A stretch of 42,926 nt of DNA, taken from NCBI GenBank assembly GCA_023253795.1, contig JALRFG010000001.1:1-42926 (forward strand), given 5' to 3'. The notes under the pieces were generated by a model, which was not told where the DNA came from, ran no database searches, and saw nothing but the letters and a program-made list of their open reading frames with translations. Made by a program: the position numbers and the translations under genes. Shown in pieces: positions 1 to 10,319 of the stretch (the stretch's first letter is position 1; the number at the start of each line of letters is the position of its first letter). Origin of the DNA: Methylocystis sp. (lineage in GTDB: Bacteria > Pseudomonadota > Alphaproteobacteria > Rhizobiales > Beijerinckiaceae).

Positions 1-67
1 AGCGAGTTTCGACCGGAAAATCGAGCGGCAGCTGCTCGACGCGCTCGGTGCGTTGATCCGTCGCCAT
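1..67 (-). CDS. hdaA: HdaA (DnaA regulatory inactivator) N-terminus, truncated by window edge
   Basis: Not in ORF track. Manual translation MATDQRTERVEQLPLDFPVETR contains the QLPLDF clamp-binding-type motif. Lies directly after the AI-2E gene, the usual alphaproteobacterial order. Confidence 0.65.
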   Translation of the reverse strand, partial: MATDQRTERVEQLPLDFPVETR

Positions 68-72
68 TGGGC

Positions 73-1365
73 TCAGGTCCTGTGATGCGCAGGACCGTGC
101 TCGCGGTAGAGCCCGCTCTGACGATACCGCGCAGCAAGAAACCGCATGACGGCGCCGAGCGCAGCGGCAGTCGGCACCGCGATAATCATGCCGGTGAAGC
201 CAAATAACGCGCCGAAAGCCAGCAAAGCGAACATGATCCAGACCGGATGCAGGCCAACCGACGCGCCGACCAGTCGTGGCGACAGAACATAACCATCCAT
301 GATCAGGCCGAAGCTGACGATCGCAATGGCTTCAACCGGCAGACTGATATGCGGCCAGTCCTGCACAATGGCGATGATAATCGACAGCACGAATGCGGTG
401 ATCGAACCGACATAGGGAATAAAACTCAATACGCCGGCTATGACGCCAATCAGAAAACCGAAATTCAATCCAATCGCGGACAGGCCGACCGCATACCAAA
501 CGCCAAGAAAGACGCAGACCAGCGATTGACCGCGCACAAAACCGGCAAGCGCCTCATTGATCTCGCCCGCAAGATAACGAACATCGTCGCGATGACGCGG
601 CGGCACCAGATTGTCGAGGATATGGATCATCTGATCCCAATCCAGCATCATATAGAAAGCGACCACAGGTGTGATCACGACCAGCGTAATCACATTGATC
701 AAGGCATAGCCGCGCCACACCAGCGATTTCACAAAATCACCGATCAGCGTGGCGCCCTGATTGGTGAGATCGTCGATATATTTCTGCGTGTCGAAAGACG
801 AGGCGGGGCCAATGCCGATTTTTTGAAGCCACTCGGGGCCAAGCCCCATTGTTTGCAGCCAGTCGTTGAAATAGTCGGCGGTGAAACGCGTCTGCCATTC
901 CACCACCAATCCGCCCAGTGTCTGAAGATAGCCCGGCATGGAGGTGACGAGCCCAGCAAATTGGCGTGACAGGATCGGCAGCAGAATAATCAGCGCCGTG
1001 ACGACGAAAGTGATGAAGAACACCAACAGAATGAGCGCTGCGCTCAGGCGCGACATGCCCAACCGCTGGAGGCGATCCGCCACCGGGTCCAGCAAATAGC
1101 CGAGCGCCGTTCCAGCCACGAAAGGCGCCAGCACAGGACTGAGAAAATACAGGATCGTCGCCAGCAATAGCAGGGCGATGCCCCAGAGCATCAACTGGCG
1201 TTCAAGGCTCAGCCCCGCCCAGCTGGCGCCGCGCGGCGGATGGCCATGCGTTTCTTCATGGCGGATTGGAGCCGCCGCCTCAGCGACAGTTGTCGTGCGC
1301 AAGGATGCGGCGGCGCCGGGGGAACCACTGGTTTTTCGTTTCGCCGGCTGCGCCCGTTTCGTCAT
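73..1365 (-). CDS. AI-2E family (PerM-like) transporter
   Basis: Multi-TM 430 aa; motifs YLLDP, GQSLVC, SFIPYVG, PRLVGASVGLHPV. Confidence 0.9.
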   Translation of the reverse strand: MTKRAQPAKRKTSGSPGAAASLRTTTVAEAAAPIRHEETHGHPPRGASWAGLSLERQLMLWGIALLLLATILYFLSPVLAPFVAGTALGYLLDPVADRLQRLGMSRLSAALILLVFFITFVVTALIILLPILSRQFAGLVTSMPGYLQTLGGLVVEWQTRFTADYFNDWLQTMGLGPEWLQKIGIGPASSFDTQKYIDDLTNQGATLIGDFVKSLVWRGYALINVITLVVITPVVAFYMMLDWDQMIHILDNLVPPRHRDDVRYLAGEINEALAGFVRGQSLVCVFLGVWYAVGLSAIGLNFGFLIGVIAGVLSFIPYVGSITAFVLSIIIAIVQDWPHISLPVEAIAIVSFGLIMDGYVLSPRLVGASVGLHPVWIMFALLAFGALFGFTGMIIAVPTAAALGAVMRFLAARYRQSGLYREHGPAHHRT

Positions 1366-1460
1366 GCGTTGTCAATCCCGCTATGGTCCTGTGATAGACG
1401 CGTCGGTGAGCCAGGGTCAATGATTTATGATGACTTTTATAGTCAACTGGTTGCGACACA

Positions 1461-2252
1461 TCAGCGCCGACGGCGACCCGCCAGCCGCATCAATAGCGCG
1501 CCGCCGCCCATCGCCACGGCGACCATGCCCAGCAACAGCGTTGAAATGGCGTTGATCTGCGGCGAAACGCCAAGCCGAACCTGTGAATAGATCCGCATCG
1601 GCAAAGTCGTGGCGCCCGGACCAGTGGCGAAACTTGCGATCACCAAATCGTCGAGCGCGAGCGTGAAGGCAAGCAGGAAAGCGCTGGCCAGCGCTGGCGC
1701 AATCTGCGGCAATGCAACCAGCAGAAAAGCGTTCAATGGCGGCGCGCCAAGATCCATCGCCGCCTCCTCCAGCGTCGGGTCGCATTCGCGAATGGCCGCC
1801 AGCAGCGCGACGGTTGTGAAACACATGGTGAAGGTGACATGACCAATCACCAGCGTCGTAAAACCGCGCCCGACGCCCAGCGCAACGAAGCAACTCAGCA
1901 AAGCGAGACCCAGCACCACTTCCGGCAGCACCAGCGGCGCATGGATCGCCCCGAAGAACAGCAGGCGCGATCGGAACGCGCCAAAACGCGCCAAGCCCAC
2001 AGCCGCCAAAAGACCGAGGATCGTCGCGAGACAGGAGGAGATTGTCGCGTCTAGCAGGCTGATCCACGCCGATTGCATCAATTGTTCATTGTCAAACAGC
2101 GCTTCATACCATTGCGTCGAAAAACCGCCCCAGACCGAAACAAGTCGCGAGGCGTTGAAGCTCATGGCGGCGAGAATAACAATCGGCGCGTAAAGAAAGA
2201 TAAAGCCAGCAAGGAGGATGACACCTTGAAAGGCGCGAAATGAGCTGCTCAC
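1461..2252 (-). CDS. potI: Polyamine (putrescine) ABC transporter permease PotI/PotC
   Basis: FLYAPI..SFN..WGGFSTQWY, EAA loop LEEAAMDLGA, GPGATTLPMRIYSQVRLGVSP. Confidence 0.88.
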   Translation of the reverse strand: MSSSFRAFQGVILLAGFIFLYAPIVILAAMSFNASRLVSVWGGFSTQWYEALFDNEQLMQSAWISLLDATISSCLATILGLLAAVGLARFGAFRSRLLFFGAIHAPLVLPEVVLGLALLSCFVALGVGRGFTTLVIGHVTFTMCFTTVALLAAIRECDPTLEEAAMDLGAPPLNAFLLVALPQIAPALASAFLLAFTLALDDLVIASFATGPGATTLPMRIYSQVRLGVSPQINAISTLLLGMVAVAMGGGALLMRLAGRRRR

Positions 2253-3163
2253 GACCCGTCCTTTTTCGGGTCATAGCGCAGTCGCTCCAATGCGACGAGA
2301 GGCGCGATCAACAGCGCCAACAACACAACGGCGGCGGCGGAAGCGGTCGGCCAGTCATGATTGGCGAAGAAATCATTCCACAGCGTGCGACCAATCATCA
2401 ACGTGTCGGAGCCGCCCAGCAGATCAGGGATGACGAATTCACCAACCGCCGGGATAAACACCAGCAGCACGCCGGCGATCACGCCCTCGCGCGAGAGCGG
2501 CAATGTTACGCGCAAAAAGGTCTCGAAGGGCGATGCGCCCAGATCGGCGGAGGCTTCGCGCAATGTCGGGTCCTGCCGCTCAAGCGCCGCATAAATCGGC
2601 AGCAGCATGAAAGGCAGATAGGAGTAGACGATGCCGACAATAACAGCAAAGCGCGTGGCGAACATTTCTATCGGCGTATCGATCATGCCCAGAGCGATCA
2701 ATGCCTTGTTGATCAGCCCCTCGTCCTTGAGCAAGGCAATCCATGCATAGACGCGGATCAGAAAGCTCGTCCAGAACGGCGCCGCGGCCAGCCCTATCAG
2801 AAAGGGGCGCCAATTCGCAGGCGCGCGCGCCATCGCCAAGGCGAAGGGATAGGCGACCAGCAAGGTGACCAGCGTCGCAATCGCCGCAATAGTCAGCGAG
2901 GAGATGTAAGCGTCGAGATAAAGACTGTCCGTGAACAGGGTCCGATAGGCGTCGAGGGTAAGCGTCTGCGCCTTGGACCAAAGCCCAGCAATCCCGTCGG
3001 CCAGTTCGAAAAGCGGCCGATAAGGCGGACGCGCCAGCACCGATTGCGAAAGCGATATTTTAAGAATGAGCAGCAACGGCGCCAGCAGGAAGGCGCCGAT
3101 CCAGAGATAAGGCGCCAGCAGAACAAGAAGCTGGCCGCGCGTCAGTCGAGGAGCCTCCTTCAT
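2249..3163 (-). CDS. potH: Polyamine ABC transporter permease PotH/PotB
   Basis: PFWTSFLIRVYAW, YLPFMLLPIY, EASADLGA, GEFVIPDLLGG; 4-nt overlap with potI. Confidence 0.88.
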   Translation of the reverse strand: MKEAPRLTRGQLLVLLAPYLWIGAFLLAPLLLILKISLSQSVLARPPYRPLFELADGIAGLWSKAQTLTLDAYRTLFTDSLYLDAYISSLTIAAIATLVTLLVAYPFALAMARAPANWRPFLIGLAAAPFWTSFLIRVYAWIALLKDEGLINKALIALGMIDTPIEMFATRFAVIVGIVYSYLPFMLLPIYAALERQDPTLREASADLGASPFETFLRVTLPLSREGVIAGVLLVFIPAVGEFVIPDLLGGSDTLMIGRTLWNDFFANHDWPTASAAAVVLLALLIAPLVALERLRYDPKKDGS

Positions 3164-4242
3164 GCTGACTCCGCAAATAGAGCCGGGGTTTCAGCCGGAA
3201 ACTGAAGAACAACTCTCTCGCCTACGGCAAAACGCGAGTCCCATGTCGCGACGCGGAGCGTCATCGCGTCCGAAACACGCACACGCAGAAGCGTATTATC
3301 GCCACGGAAGACGAAATCCTCGACCACGCCGGCGATCCCAGCGCCCTCATGACGCGCCAGAATATCTTCCGGACGAATGCTCAGCGTGGCGCCCGCGCCA
3401 TCAGCTAATTGGCAATCCGACAGCGTGATCGCGCCAAAGTCCGTCACAAGATGGGCGGCGCTTTGATGATGGACAACGCCATCAATGAAATTGGTGTCGC
3501 CAACGAAGCCGGCGACAAATCGTGACGCCGGCCGATCATAAATATCATTGGGCGAGGCGATCTGCTCAATGCGGCCGGCGCGCATGACGGCGACGCGATC
3601 CGCCAACGCCAGCGCCTCATCCTGATCGTGGGTGACGATCATAAAGCTCGTTCCGGTCTCGCGCTGGATCTGTTTGAGATGAAATTGCGTTTCTTCACGC
3701 AGCTTGCGATCAAGCGCACCCAATGGCTCGTCAAGCAGCAGCAAGGTCGGCCCCGGCGCCAGTGCGCGCGCGAGGGCTACCCGCTGACGTTGCCCACCTG
3801 AAAGCTCATTAATACGACGCGCGCCATAGGGGATCAGTTGCGTCAGGCGCAGCAGTTCCGAGACGCGCGCCTCAATAACGTCTTTCGCCAGCCCCTTGCG
3901 ACGCAATCCGAAAGCGACGTTCTCATAAACATTCAGATGAGGAAAAAGCGCATAGGATTGAAACATCATATTCACCGGACGCCGATAAGGCGGCATGCCA
4001 GCGAGATCGCACCCATCGAGAACAAGCTGACCAGCGTCGGGCGTTTCAAACCCAGCGATACAGCGCATCAGAGTCGTTTTTCCGCAGCCGGAAGGACCAA
4101 GCAAAGCGAAAAACTCGCCGCGCGCGATTGTCAGCGACACATCATCAAGCGCTGTCGTGTCACCATAATTCTTGCAGATATGACGAATGGACAGCAGCGG
4201 TTTCATGTCCATTGCAGGATCGATCGCCGAACCAGCGTTCAT
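3160..4242 (-). CDS. potG: Polyamine ABC transporter ATP-binding subunit PotG/PotA
   Basis: Walker A GPSGCGKT, MMFQSYALFPH, LSGGQ, LLLLDEP, C-terminal TOBE-like region. Start set at ATG 4242, which overlaps the holC stop (ATGA). Confidence 0.88.
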   Translation of the reverse strand: MNAGSAIDPAMDMKPLLSIRHICKNYGDTTALDDVSLTIARGEFFALLGPSGCGKTTLMRCIAGFETPDAGQLVLDGCDLAGMPPYRRPVNMMFQSYALFPHLNVYENVAFGLRRKGLAKDVIEARVSELLRLTQLIPYGARRINELSGGQRQRVALARALAPGPTLLLLDEPLGALDRKLREETQFHLKQIQRETGTSFMIVTHDQDEALALADRVAVMRAGRIEQIASPNDIYDRPASRFVAGFVGDTNFIDGVVHHQSAAHLVTDFGAITLSDCQLADGAGATLSIRPEDILARHEGAGIAGVVEDFVFRGDNTLLRVRVSDAMTLRVATWDSRFAVGERVVLQFPAETPALFAESA

Positions 4243-4721
4243 GGCTTTGGCTCCCGCGCCTTCTCGATCCATTTCCCGTCGTCATTCTGCTGATAATAGA
4301 CAATCGGATAGCCGGCCTCGCGCAATTCGCGCCACTGCGTGCGCGCATCTTCGAGTTCGGCCGCATCCGCGCCGTCAAAGAGCAGCGCTGCGCGCGTCGT
4401 CGGCGCGGCGTCGCTCTCCAGCACCGGCGCCAGCGCAGCGCTTTCCAAAAAGAAACGAATGTCGGCGCTGTTGGGGTTTTCGGTGTCGTCGCAGGTCAGG
4501 TAAATCGGTTGCGACGCCGGATCGGGATCACGGCTGGTTCCATGCGCCAGAAAGCTGTCTCGACGCCACGACCATAGATATTCGTCGATCTTTTTAAGCC
4601 GCCCTTCGCTCACCGCCTGCACCACGGCGCGCCAGCCGCGCGCCCGCGTACGCTCCAGAAGCGTTTGCAGCGCGGACTCAACCGTGCGGGCGGTCAAATG
4701 GTAGAAGGCGACTTCGATCAT
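4239..4721 (-). CDS. holC: DNA polymerase III chi subunit
   Basis: EVAFYHL, LLER..RGWRAVV, LWSW..SFLAHG, ARTQWR..G...YYQQ..GKW; downstream of pepA. Confidence 0.92.
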   Translation of the reverse strand: MIEVAFYHLTARTVESALQTLLERTRARGWRAVVQAVSEGRLKKIDEYLWSWRRDSFLAHGTSRDPDPASQPIYLTCDDTENPNSADIRFFLESAALAPVLESDAAPTTRAALLFDGADAAELEDARTQWRELREAGYPIVYYQQNDDGKWIEKAREPKP

Positions 4722-4792
4722 AGCGACGCGGGCCTGTTTCTATGCGCCGTTGATGGCCAATTCGTCGGCGGCGCGCAAGATGTCTAAAGCGG

Positions 4793-6025
4793 TCAGCGCC
4801 GCCGCAGCAGGACAATTCTGTTCGAATTGGTCCCCTTGCTGTTATTGACGACACCCCAGCAATTGCTGGTCTTGGTGAATTCCTGCTGATTGACCAGAAC
4901 AAAGAGGCGATCAAACGGCAAGCCCTCGGCCGCCGCCCAGACCTGGCGCTCCAGATGCACGGCCCCACCGCGCACTTCGCCGACCTCGAAGGCGACATGC
5001 CCGCCGGGTCTCACGATCCGGGCGAATTCCGACAAACAGTCGCGCACCATCTGCGTCCAGGCGTCAACGCTGCGATGTGCGGAAATTTTCACGGCGTCGG
5101 CGTCGACGCCGGCGAACCAGTTTCGCAGCCAATTATCCTGGGCATATTGCACGACATCCAGAAAAGGCGGCGAAGTGACGATCAGATCGACCATGGCGTC
5201 GGCGATCGCCGGCGCGCGCCATGCAGGTCCGGTGGCGAGCAGCGGCGCGGGATGCGGCGGCGGAACGCCTTCCGACAACAGCTTACGCGACTTCTTCATA
5301 ATCAATTGCGCAACATTGCGCGGCGGCGGCGTCTGGCCGCGCCTTGCGTTGATTTTAAGTTGCGCCTCAACAGAAACCGCCTGATTGGGCGGCAGGGAAT
5401 AGACAGAGAAAAAGCCCGGCGAATGGCCGGTGAGGCGGTTCAGCGCCACCATTCGGATCCAGTCAAGCGCCGGCGCCGCTGATTGCTTGAGCGGCGCATG
5501 TTTGAACAGATGGCGTCGCAGCGCGCAAATCTGGCGAAGCGTATCGGGATGATAAAACGCCAGCAAATCCTCGCGATCGATCTCGTCACAACGCCATTCG
5601 ATTTCGGCGAGGCTTTGCTCAATTTCGGTCAGCGTTGGCGGGCTCAATCGCGGGCGGGTCAGCAATACGCTCAGCGGATTGACGTCATTGCCCATGGGGC
5701 GACGGCCTTGCAGCGCCGCCTGCACAGGCGTTGTGCCGCGTCCCATGAAAGGATCATAGACGCTGTCGCCTTCCCGCGTCAGCCGATCGATAAAGAACCC
5801 GGGCAGTTGCGGCTTGAAGCAGGCGCGGTAACTGATTTCATGCAACGCATGCGCCTGCCGTTGACCTGCGGTCCAGAATTCATTGACGTAATACGGGACG
5901 TCCGCTTCTTCACGCCGAATGGTTGAAAAGCCAAATGCGGCGAAGTCGCGGACCGCCTCTTCAAACGCATCGCGCGCAGCTTGAACCGGCGCAGGCTTCT
6001 TAGCTGCGCCGGCGGTTTGCGCCAT
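4793..6025 (-). CDS. Orphan amino (N4-C/N6-A) DNA methyltransferase, about 410 aa
   Basis: SAM-binding motif I YDPFMGRGTT, then catalytic motif IV DLIVTSPPF, then RIVRPGG. Start moved to ATG 6025 just after the pepA stop. Confidence 0.8.
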   Translation of the reverse strand: MAQTAGAAKKPAPVQAARDAFEEAVRDFAAFGFSTIRREEADVPYYVNEFWTAGQRQAHALHEISYRACFKPQLPGFFIDRLTREGDSVYDPFMGRGTTPVQAALQGRRPMGNDVNPLSVLLTRPRLSPPTLTEIEQSLAEIEWRCDEIDREDLLAFYHPDTLRQICALRRHLFKHAPLKQSAAPALDWIRMVALNRLTGHSPGFFSVYSLPPNQAVSVEAQLKINARRGQTPPPRNVAQLIMKKSRKLLSEGVPPPHPAPLLATGPAWRAPAIADAMVDLIVTSPPFLDVVQYAQDNWLRNWFAGVDADAVKISAHRSVDAWTQMVRDCLSEFARIVRPGGHVAFEVGEVRGGAVHLERQVWAAAEGLPFDRLFVLVNQQEFTKTSNCWGVVNNSKGTNSNRIVLLRRR

Positions 6026-6038
6026 CGAGGAGATCGAC

Positions 6039-7595
6039 TCAGGCCTCGTAATTGTCGCGCACCAGCCGATCGAGCAGGCGCACGCCCCAGCCCGATCCCC
6101 AGCTCTGGTTGATGTCGCTGGACGGCGAACCCATGCCGGTTCCGGCGATATCGAGATGCGCCCATGGCGTTTTGCCAACAAAGCGCTGCAGGAATTGCGC
6201 AGCGGTGATCGAGCCGGCGTGACGGCCGCCGGTGTTTTTCATATCGGCGAATTTCGAGTCGATCAGCTTGTCGTAAGCGGGTCCCATCGGGAAACGCCAC
6301 AGTTTCTCACCGGTGGAGACGCCGGCTTTGGTCAGCCGCTCGGACAGTTCGTCATTGTTCGAGAACAGACCGCCATACTCTTGCCCGAGCGCGACAAGAA
6401 TGGCGCCGGTCAGAGTCGCCAGATCGACGACGGCGGCGGGCTTATATTTGTCGATGACATAGGTCAGAGCGTCGGCAAGCACGAGACGGCCTTCGGCATC
6501 CGTGTTGATGACCTCGATGGTCTGGCCAGACATGGATTTCACAATATCGCCAGGCCGCTGCGCCCTGCCGTCCGGCATATTTTCGACGAGGCCCAGCACG
6601 CCGATGACATTGGCTTTGGCCTTGCGTGCGGCGATGGCGTGGAGCGCGCCGGTGACGGCGGCCGCGCCGGCCATATCGCCCTTCATATCTTCCATGGAGG
6701 CGGCCGGCTTGATTGAAATGCCGCCGGTGTCGAAGACGACGCCCTTACCGACGAAGGCGACGGGCGCAGCGTCGCCGTCGCCATTCCAGCGCAGTACGAC
6801 CAGCTTGCTCTCCGCCTCAGAGCCCTGCCCGACGCCGAGCAGCGCCCGCATGCCAAGCTCCGCCATCATCTTCTCATCGAGAATCTCGACCTCGACGCCG
6901 AGCTTCATCAACTCTGAGGCGCGACGCGCAAATTCAGCCGGCGACAGAACATTGGCCGGCTCATTGACCAGCGTGCGGGCAAGAACCACCGCTTCGGCGA
7001 GATGCCCTGCTTCGTCAATCGCGACGCTGGAGGCGGCTGGATCGCTAACCCCAATCAAAACCTCGACCGGCCCTTCGCGCTCGCTGTCGTCTTTTTTCTT
7101 GGTTTTGTATTGATCGAATTTATAGGCCCGCAGCCAGCCGCCCAGCGCGAACTGCCCGGCACCGGCCGCCGGATCGGCCGGGCGTTCCGGCAGATCGAAG
7201 ATCACCACCGCTTCGCCGGCCTGCCCCAGACGGGCGGCTGTCTGTCCGCCGAGCGACAAAAACTCATCGCTCTTGGCCGCAGCCTCGGGCTTGGCGGCGT
7301 CCGCCTCGTCGCCGCCTGTCGCGACGCCAACCAGCAGCAATCGGCTCGCCGCAATCCCCGCCGGGGCCAGAATTTCCAGCGCCGACCCGGCCTTGCCCTT
7401 GAAGCGGGCGGCGGCGGCGGCGCGGGTGATTTGCTCAGACGCCCCGGCCAGCAGGGCCTTGGCCGCGTCGGCCATCGCCAGTTCTTTGCCAGCGAAAACA
7501 ACAAGGGTGCGCGGCCGGCCCGCCTCTTCGGCGGCGCGGGCGCGTGCGGCGGCGGCGTCGAAGGCGACGGCGTCAAATTTCATATTGAGAGTCAT
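6039..7595 (-). CDS. pepA: Leucyl aminopeptidase (M17)
   Basis: [36 protein letters not shown]. Confidence 0.97.
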   Translation of the reverse strand: MTLNMKFDAVAFDAAAARARAAEEAGRPRTLVVFAGKELAMADAAKALLAGASEQITRAAAAARFKGKAGSALEILAPAGIAASRLLLVGVATGGDEADAAKPEAAAKSDEFLSLGGQTAARLGQAGEAVVIFDLPERPADPAAGAGQFALGGWLRAYKFDQYKTKKKDDSEREGPVEVLIGVSDPAASSVAIDEAGHLAEAVVLARTLVNEPANVLSPAEFARRASELMKLGVEVEILDEKMMAELGMRALLGVGQGSEAESKLVVLRWNGDGDAAPVAFVGKGVVFDTGGISIKPAASMEDMKGDMAGAAAVTGALHAIAARKAKANVIGVLGLVENMPDGRAQRPGDIVKSMSGQTIEVINTDAEGRLVLADALTYVIDKYKPAAVVDLATLTGAILVALGQEYGGLFSNNDELSERLTKAGVSTGEKLWRFPMGPAYDKLIDSKFADMKNTGGRHAGSITAAQFLQRFVGKTPWAHLDIAGTGMGSPSSDINQSWGSGWGVRLLDRLVRDNYEA

Positions 7596-7797
7596 GTCCG
7601 CCTCATGAAAAGAATCGACGCGTTTCGCGTCTGTAGCCCAGAATTAAGGGCGCAATATCCCGGTCATGCCGACCGGTCAAATAGCGCCGCGAAAACGCCG
7701 TGATCGACTCCCAAAAGCCGTCCGTGACCGCGCCAACGCCAATTTTCAGATCTTTCAGCCGAATGGCGCGCCTCCTCAAGGGATATGAGAGGCGGTC

Positions 7798-8883
7798 ATG
7801 ATTGGCGTGACGCTCACCCGTTATCTGGCGGCGCGTTTCGCCAAGACCATCCTGTCGATCTTCTTTACGATCTTCTGTCTGATGTTCGTGGTCGTGTTCG
7901 TCGAGATGCTGCGACGCGCCAGCGACAGCCCGGACGCCAGCGCCAAGATCGTGGCGCTCATTACCCTGATGAAAGTGCCGGCGGCGGCCGAGGCGATCCT
8001 GCCTTTCGCCGTGCTGTTTGGCTCCATGGCGGCTTTTGTCGATCTGACCCGCAAACTTGAACTGATCGTCGCCCGCGCCGCCGGCATGTCAGTCTGGCAG
8101 TTCCTGTTTGCGCCAGTCATGACCGCCTCTGTGATCGGCGCGATTTCCGTCGGCGTCTACAACCCGCTCGCCGCCATGCTCAAGCAGCAGGCCGATCAGA
8201 TGGAGGTCGAACTCTTCGGCGTGCAGGGCAGCGTGCGGATCGATCACGGCGTCTGGCTGCGCCAACATGGCGTCGATGGCCTCGCCGTCATCCACGCCAC
8301 CGGCTCCGCCCATAAGGGCACCGAATTGTTTGAGGTCAGCGTCAATGTCTATTCGCAAAATGGCGGCTTTATCGAGCGTGTGGAAGCTGCGCGGGGATAT
8401 CTGGAGCCCGGCGTCTGGGTGCTGAATGACGCCGTGATCAGCGCGCCCGGTCAGGCGACGCGCAATGTCACCGCCTATATGCTGGCGACCAGCCTGACGC
8501 CGGAACAGGCGGCGGCGGTCAACACGCCGCCACAGTCGACCCCCTTCTGGAGCCTCTCGGAGGTGGCCGACAACACCGCTGACGCCGGCCTTGATGCGAC
8601 CGCTTATCGGCTTCAATATCAGGCTCTTGTATCGCGCCCTGTCCTGCTTGTGGCCATGGTGTTGCTGGCGGCGGCGTTCTCCCTGCGGTTCTCCCGCATG
8701 GGCGGCGTCGGCACGACCCTTTCCTATGGCGTGGCGTCGGGCTTCGTGCTTTATATCGGCACCAAAGTCCTGTCGGATCTCGGCGGCGCCGGACTGATCA
8801 GTCCCTTTGTCGCCGCCTGGTCGCCCGCCATCGTCGGCGTCATGATTGGCGCGCTCATCCTCCTCTATCAGGAAGATGGCTGA
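7798..8883 (+). CDS. lptG: LPS export ABC transporter permease (LptF/LptG family, LptG-like)
   Basis: 361 aa with 3 TM + periplasmic domain + 3 TM; ELIVARAAGMSVWQFL, AAWSPA, C-terminal YQEDG; divergent from pepA. Confidence 0.85.
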   Translation: MIGVTLTRYLAARFAKTILSIFFTIFCLMFVVVFVEMLRRASDSPDASAKIVALITLMKVPAAAEAILPFAVLFGSMAAFVDLTRKLELIVARAAGMSVWQFLFAPVMTASVIGAISVGVYNPLAAMLKQQADQMEVELFGVQGSVRIDHGVWLRQHGVDGLAVIHATGSAHKGTELFEVSVNVYSQNGGFIERVEAARGYLEPGVWVLNDAVISAPGQATRNVTAYMLATSLTPEQAAAVNTPPQSTPFWSLSEVADNTADAGLDATAYRLQYQALVSRPVLLVAMVLLAAAFSLRFSRMGGVGTTLSYGVASGFVLYIGTKVLSDLGGAGLISPFVAAWSPAIVGVMIGALILLYQEDG

Positions 8884-8954
8884 GCGGCTGGTTCGATCAT
8901 CCGCCCCTATCCCGACGGCGCCCGCCAACACGCGCCGCGAACATGGAGAAAAAT

Positions 8955-9734
8955 ATGCGTTTTCCGAATTGGCTCGCCGCCAGCGTTCTAGTCGCCGGAT
9001 CGATCGCTTGCGCAGCCTGGCCCGGAAACGCCCGCGCCGCCGGCGAATTTGCACCCGCCCAGAAGACGGCGGTTGAGAAAATCGTCCATGACTATCTGAT
9101 CGCCAATCCGGAAGTCGTCCGCGAGGCGATCGAAGAGCTGGAAAAGCGCCAGAAGGCGGATGAAGCCAATATGCGCGGCAAGGTCGTGGCGGATAAGGCC
9201 GCCACGCTGTTCAACTCCCCCAATCAGGCCGTGGTCGGCAATCCCAAGGGCGACGTCACGCTCGTCGAGTTCTTCGATTACAACTGCGGCTACTGCAAGC
9301 GCTCGGTCAACACCGTGGCGAAGCTGATCGAAGGCGACCCCAAATTGCGCGTCGTTTTGAAGGACTTCGCCATTCTCGGCCCGGATTCGGTTGAGACGGC
9401 GCTCGTCGCCAACGCCGCCCGGATGCAATTCTCGCCCGAAAAATTCTGGGAATTCCACCGCAAACTGCTGGAGACCAAAGGCCATATTGGCAAGCAGCAG
9501 GCGATGGCCGTCGCGAAAGAGGTTGGCGCCGACATGTCCCGCCTTGAGAAGGATTTCGAAAAGCCGGAAACCAAAGCGGCCCTTCAGGAGGTCAGCGGCC
9601 TCGCCGATGCGCTGCGCTTTGACGGCACCCCCGCCTGGGTTGTCGGAACCGACGCGCTGGTTGGCGGCGTGCCCTACGACGAACTCAAAAAGAAAATCGA
9701 CAATCTGCACAAATGCGGCAAGACGGCTTGCTAG
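8955..9734 (+). CDS. DsbA-family (Com1/ScsC-like) periplasmic thiol-disulfide protein
   Basis: Signal peptide, YLIANPEV, EFFDYNCGYCK (CxxC), GTP cis-Pro loop; GGAG before ATG 8955. Confidence 0.9.
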   Translation: MRFPNWLAASVLVAGSIACAAWPGNARAAGEFAPAQKTAVEKIVHDYLIANPEVVREAIEELEKRQKADEANMRGKVVADKAATLFNSPNQAVVGNPKGDVTLVEFFDYNCGYCKRSVNTVAKLIEGDPKLRVVLKDFAILGPDSVETALVANAARMQFSPEKFWEFHRKLLETKGHIGKQQAMAVAKEVGADMSRLEKDFEKPETKAALQEVSGLADALRFDGTPAWVVGTDALVGGVPYDELKKKIDNLHKCGKTAC

Positions 9735-9868
9735 TCATCCAGCGCAGCGCCCGGCGGGCGAACGTCCGCCGGCGCCGTTGACAATTGCGGTCTTTCTTTA
9801 AAGGCGTAAACTGGCTATGAAAAAGGCGATTTAACGCCTTCCGGATAATGGGATCGTTTGACGCTGCA

Positions 9869-10300
9869 ATGACCGCCATACATGTGCTCAACGGCCCCAA
9901 CCTCAACCTTCTCGGCAAGCGCGAGCCCGCGATTTACGGCTCGGCGAGCCTCGACGATATCCGCGATCTCCTGCAAGCCCGTTGCGCCGCGCGCGGCGTG
10001 ACGCTTGTCTTTCGGCAATCCAATCACGAAGGCGATCTTGTTAGCTGGATACAGGAGGCGGGTCAGGCGAAAGCGCCCGTGATCCTCAACGCCGGCGCGC
10101 TGACGCACACCTCAATCGCGCTGTACGATGCGATCAAGGGATCGGAGGCTTCCGTCATTGAAGTGCATCTGTCCAATGTTCATGCGCGGGAAAGCTTCCG
10201 TCATCACTCCTACATCTCGCCGGCGGCGCGTGGCGTGATTGCGGGCTTCGGCCCGACTTCCTATCTGCTCGCGCTCGACGCGATTTTCGAAAAACTCTGA
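9869..10300 (+). CDS. aroQ: Type II 3-dehydroquinate dehydratase
   Basis: [39 protein letters not shown]. Confidence 0.97.
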   Translation: MTAIHVLNGPNLNLLGKREPAIYGSASLDDIRDLLQARCAARGVTLVFRQSNHEGDLVSWIQEAGQAKAPVILNAGALTHTSIALYDAIKGSEASVIEVHLSNVHARESFRHHSYISPAARGVIAGFGPTSYLLALDAIFEKL

Positions 10301-10319
10301 GAAAGACCGGGACACATCC

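Noticed and set aside
6026-6181. 52-aa N-terminal extension of the methyltransferase overlapping pepA in the ORF track
   Set aside because: Overlaps the conserved pepA C-terminus; ATG 6025 just after the pepA stop is the more economical start
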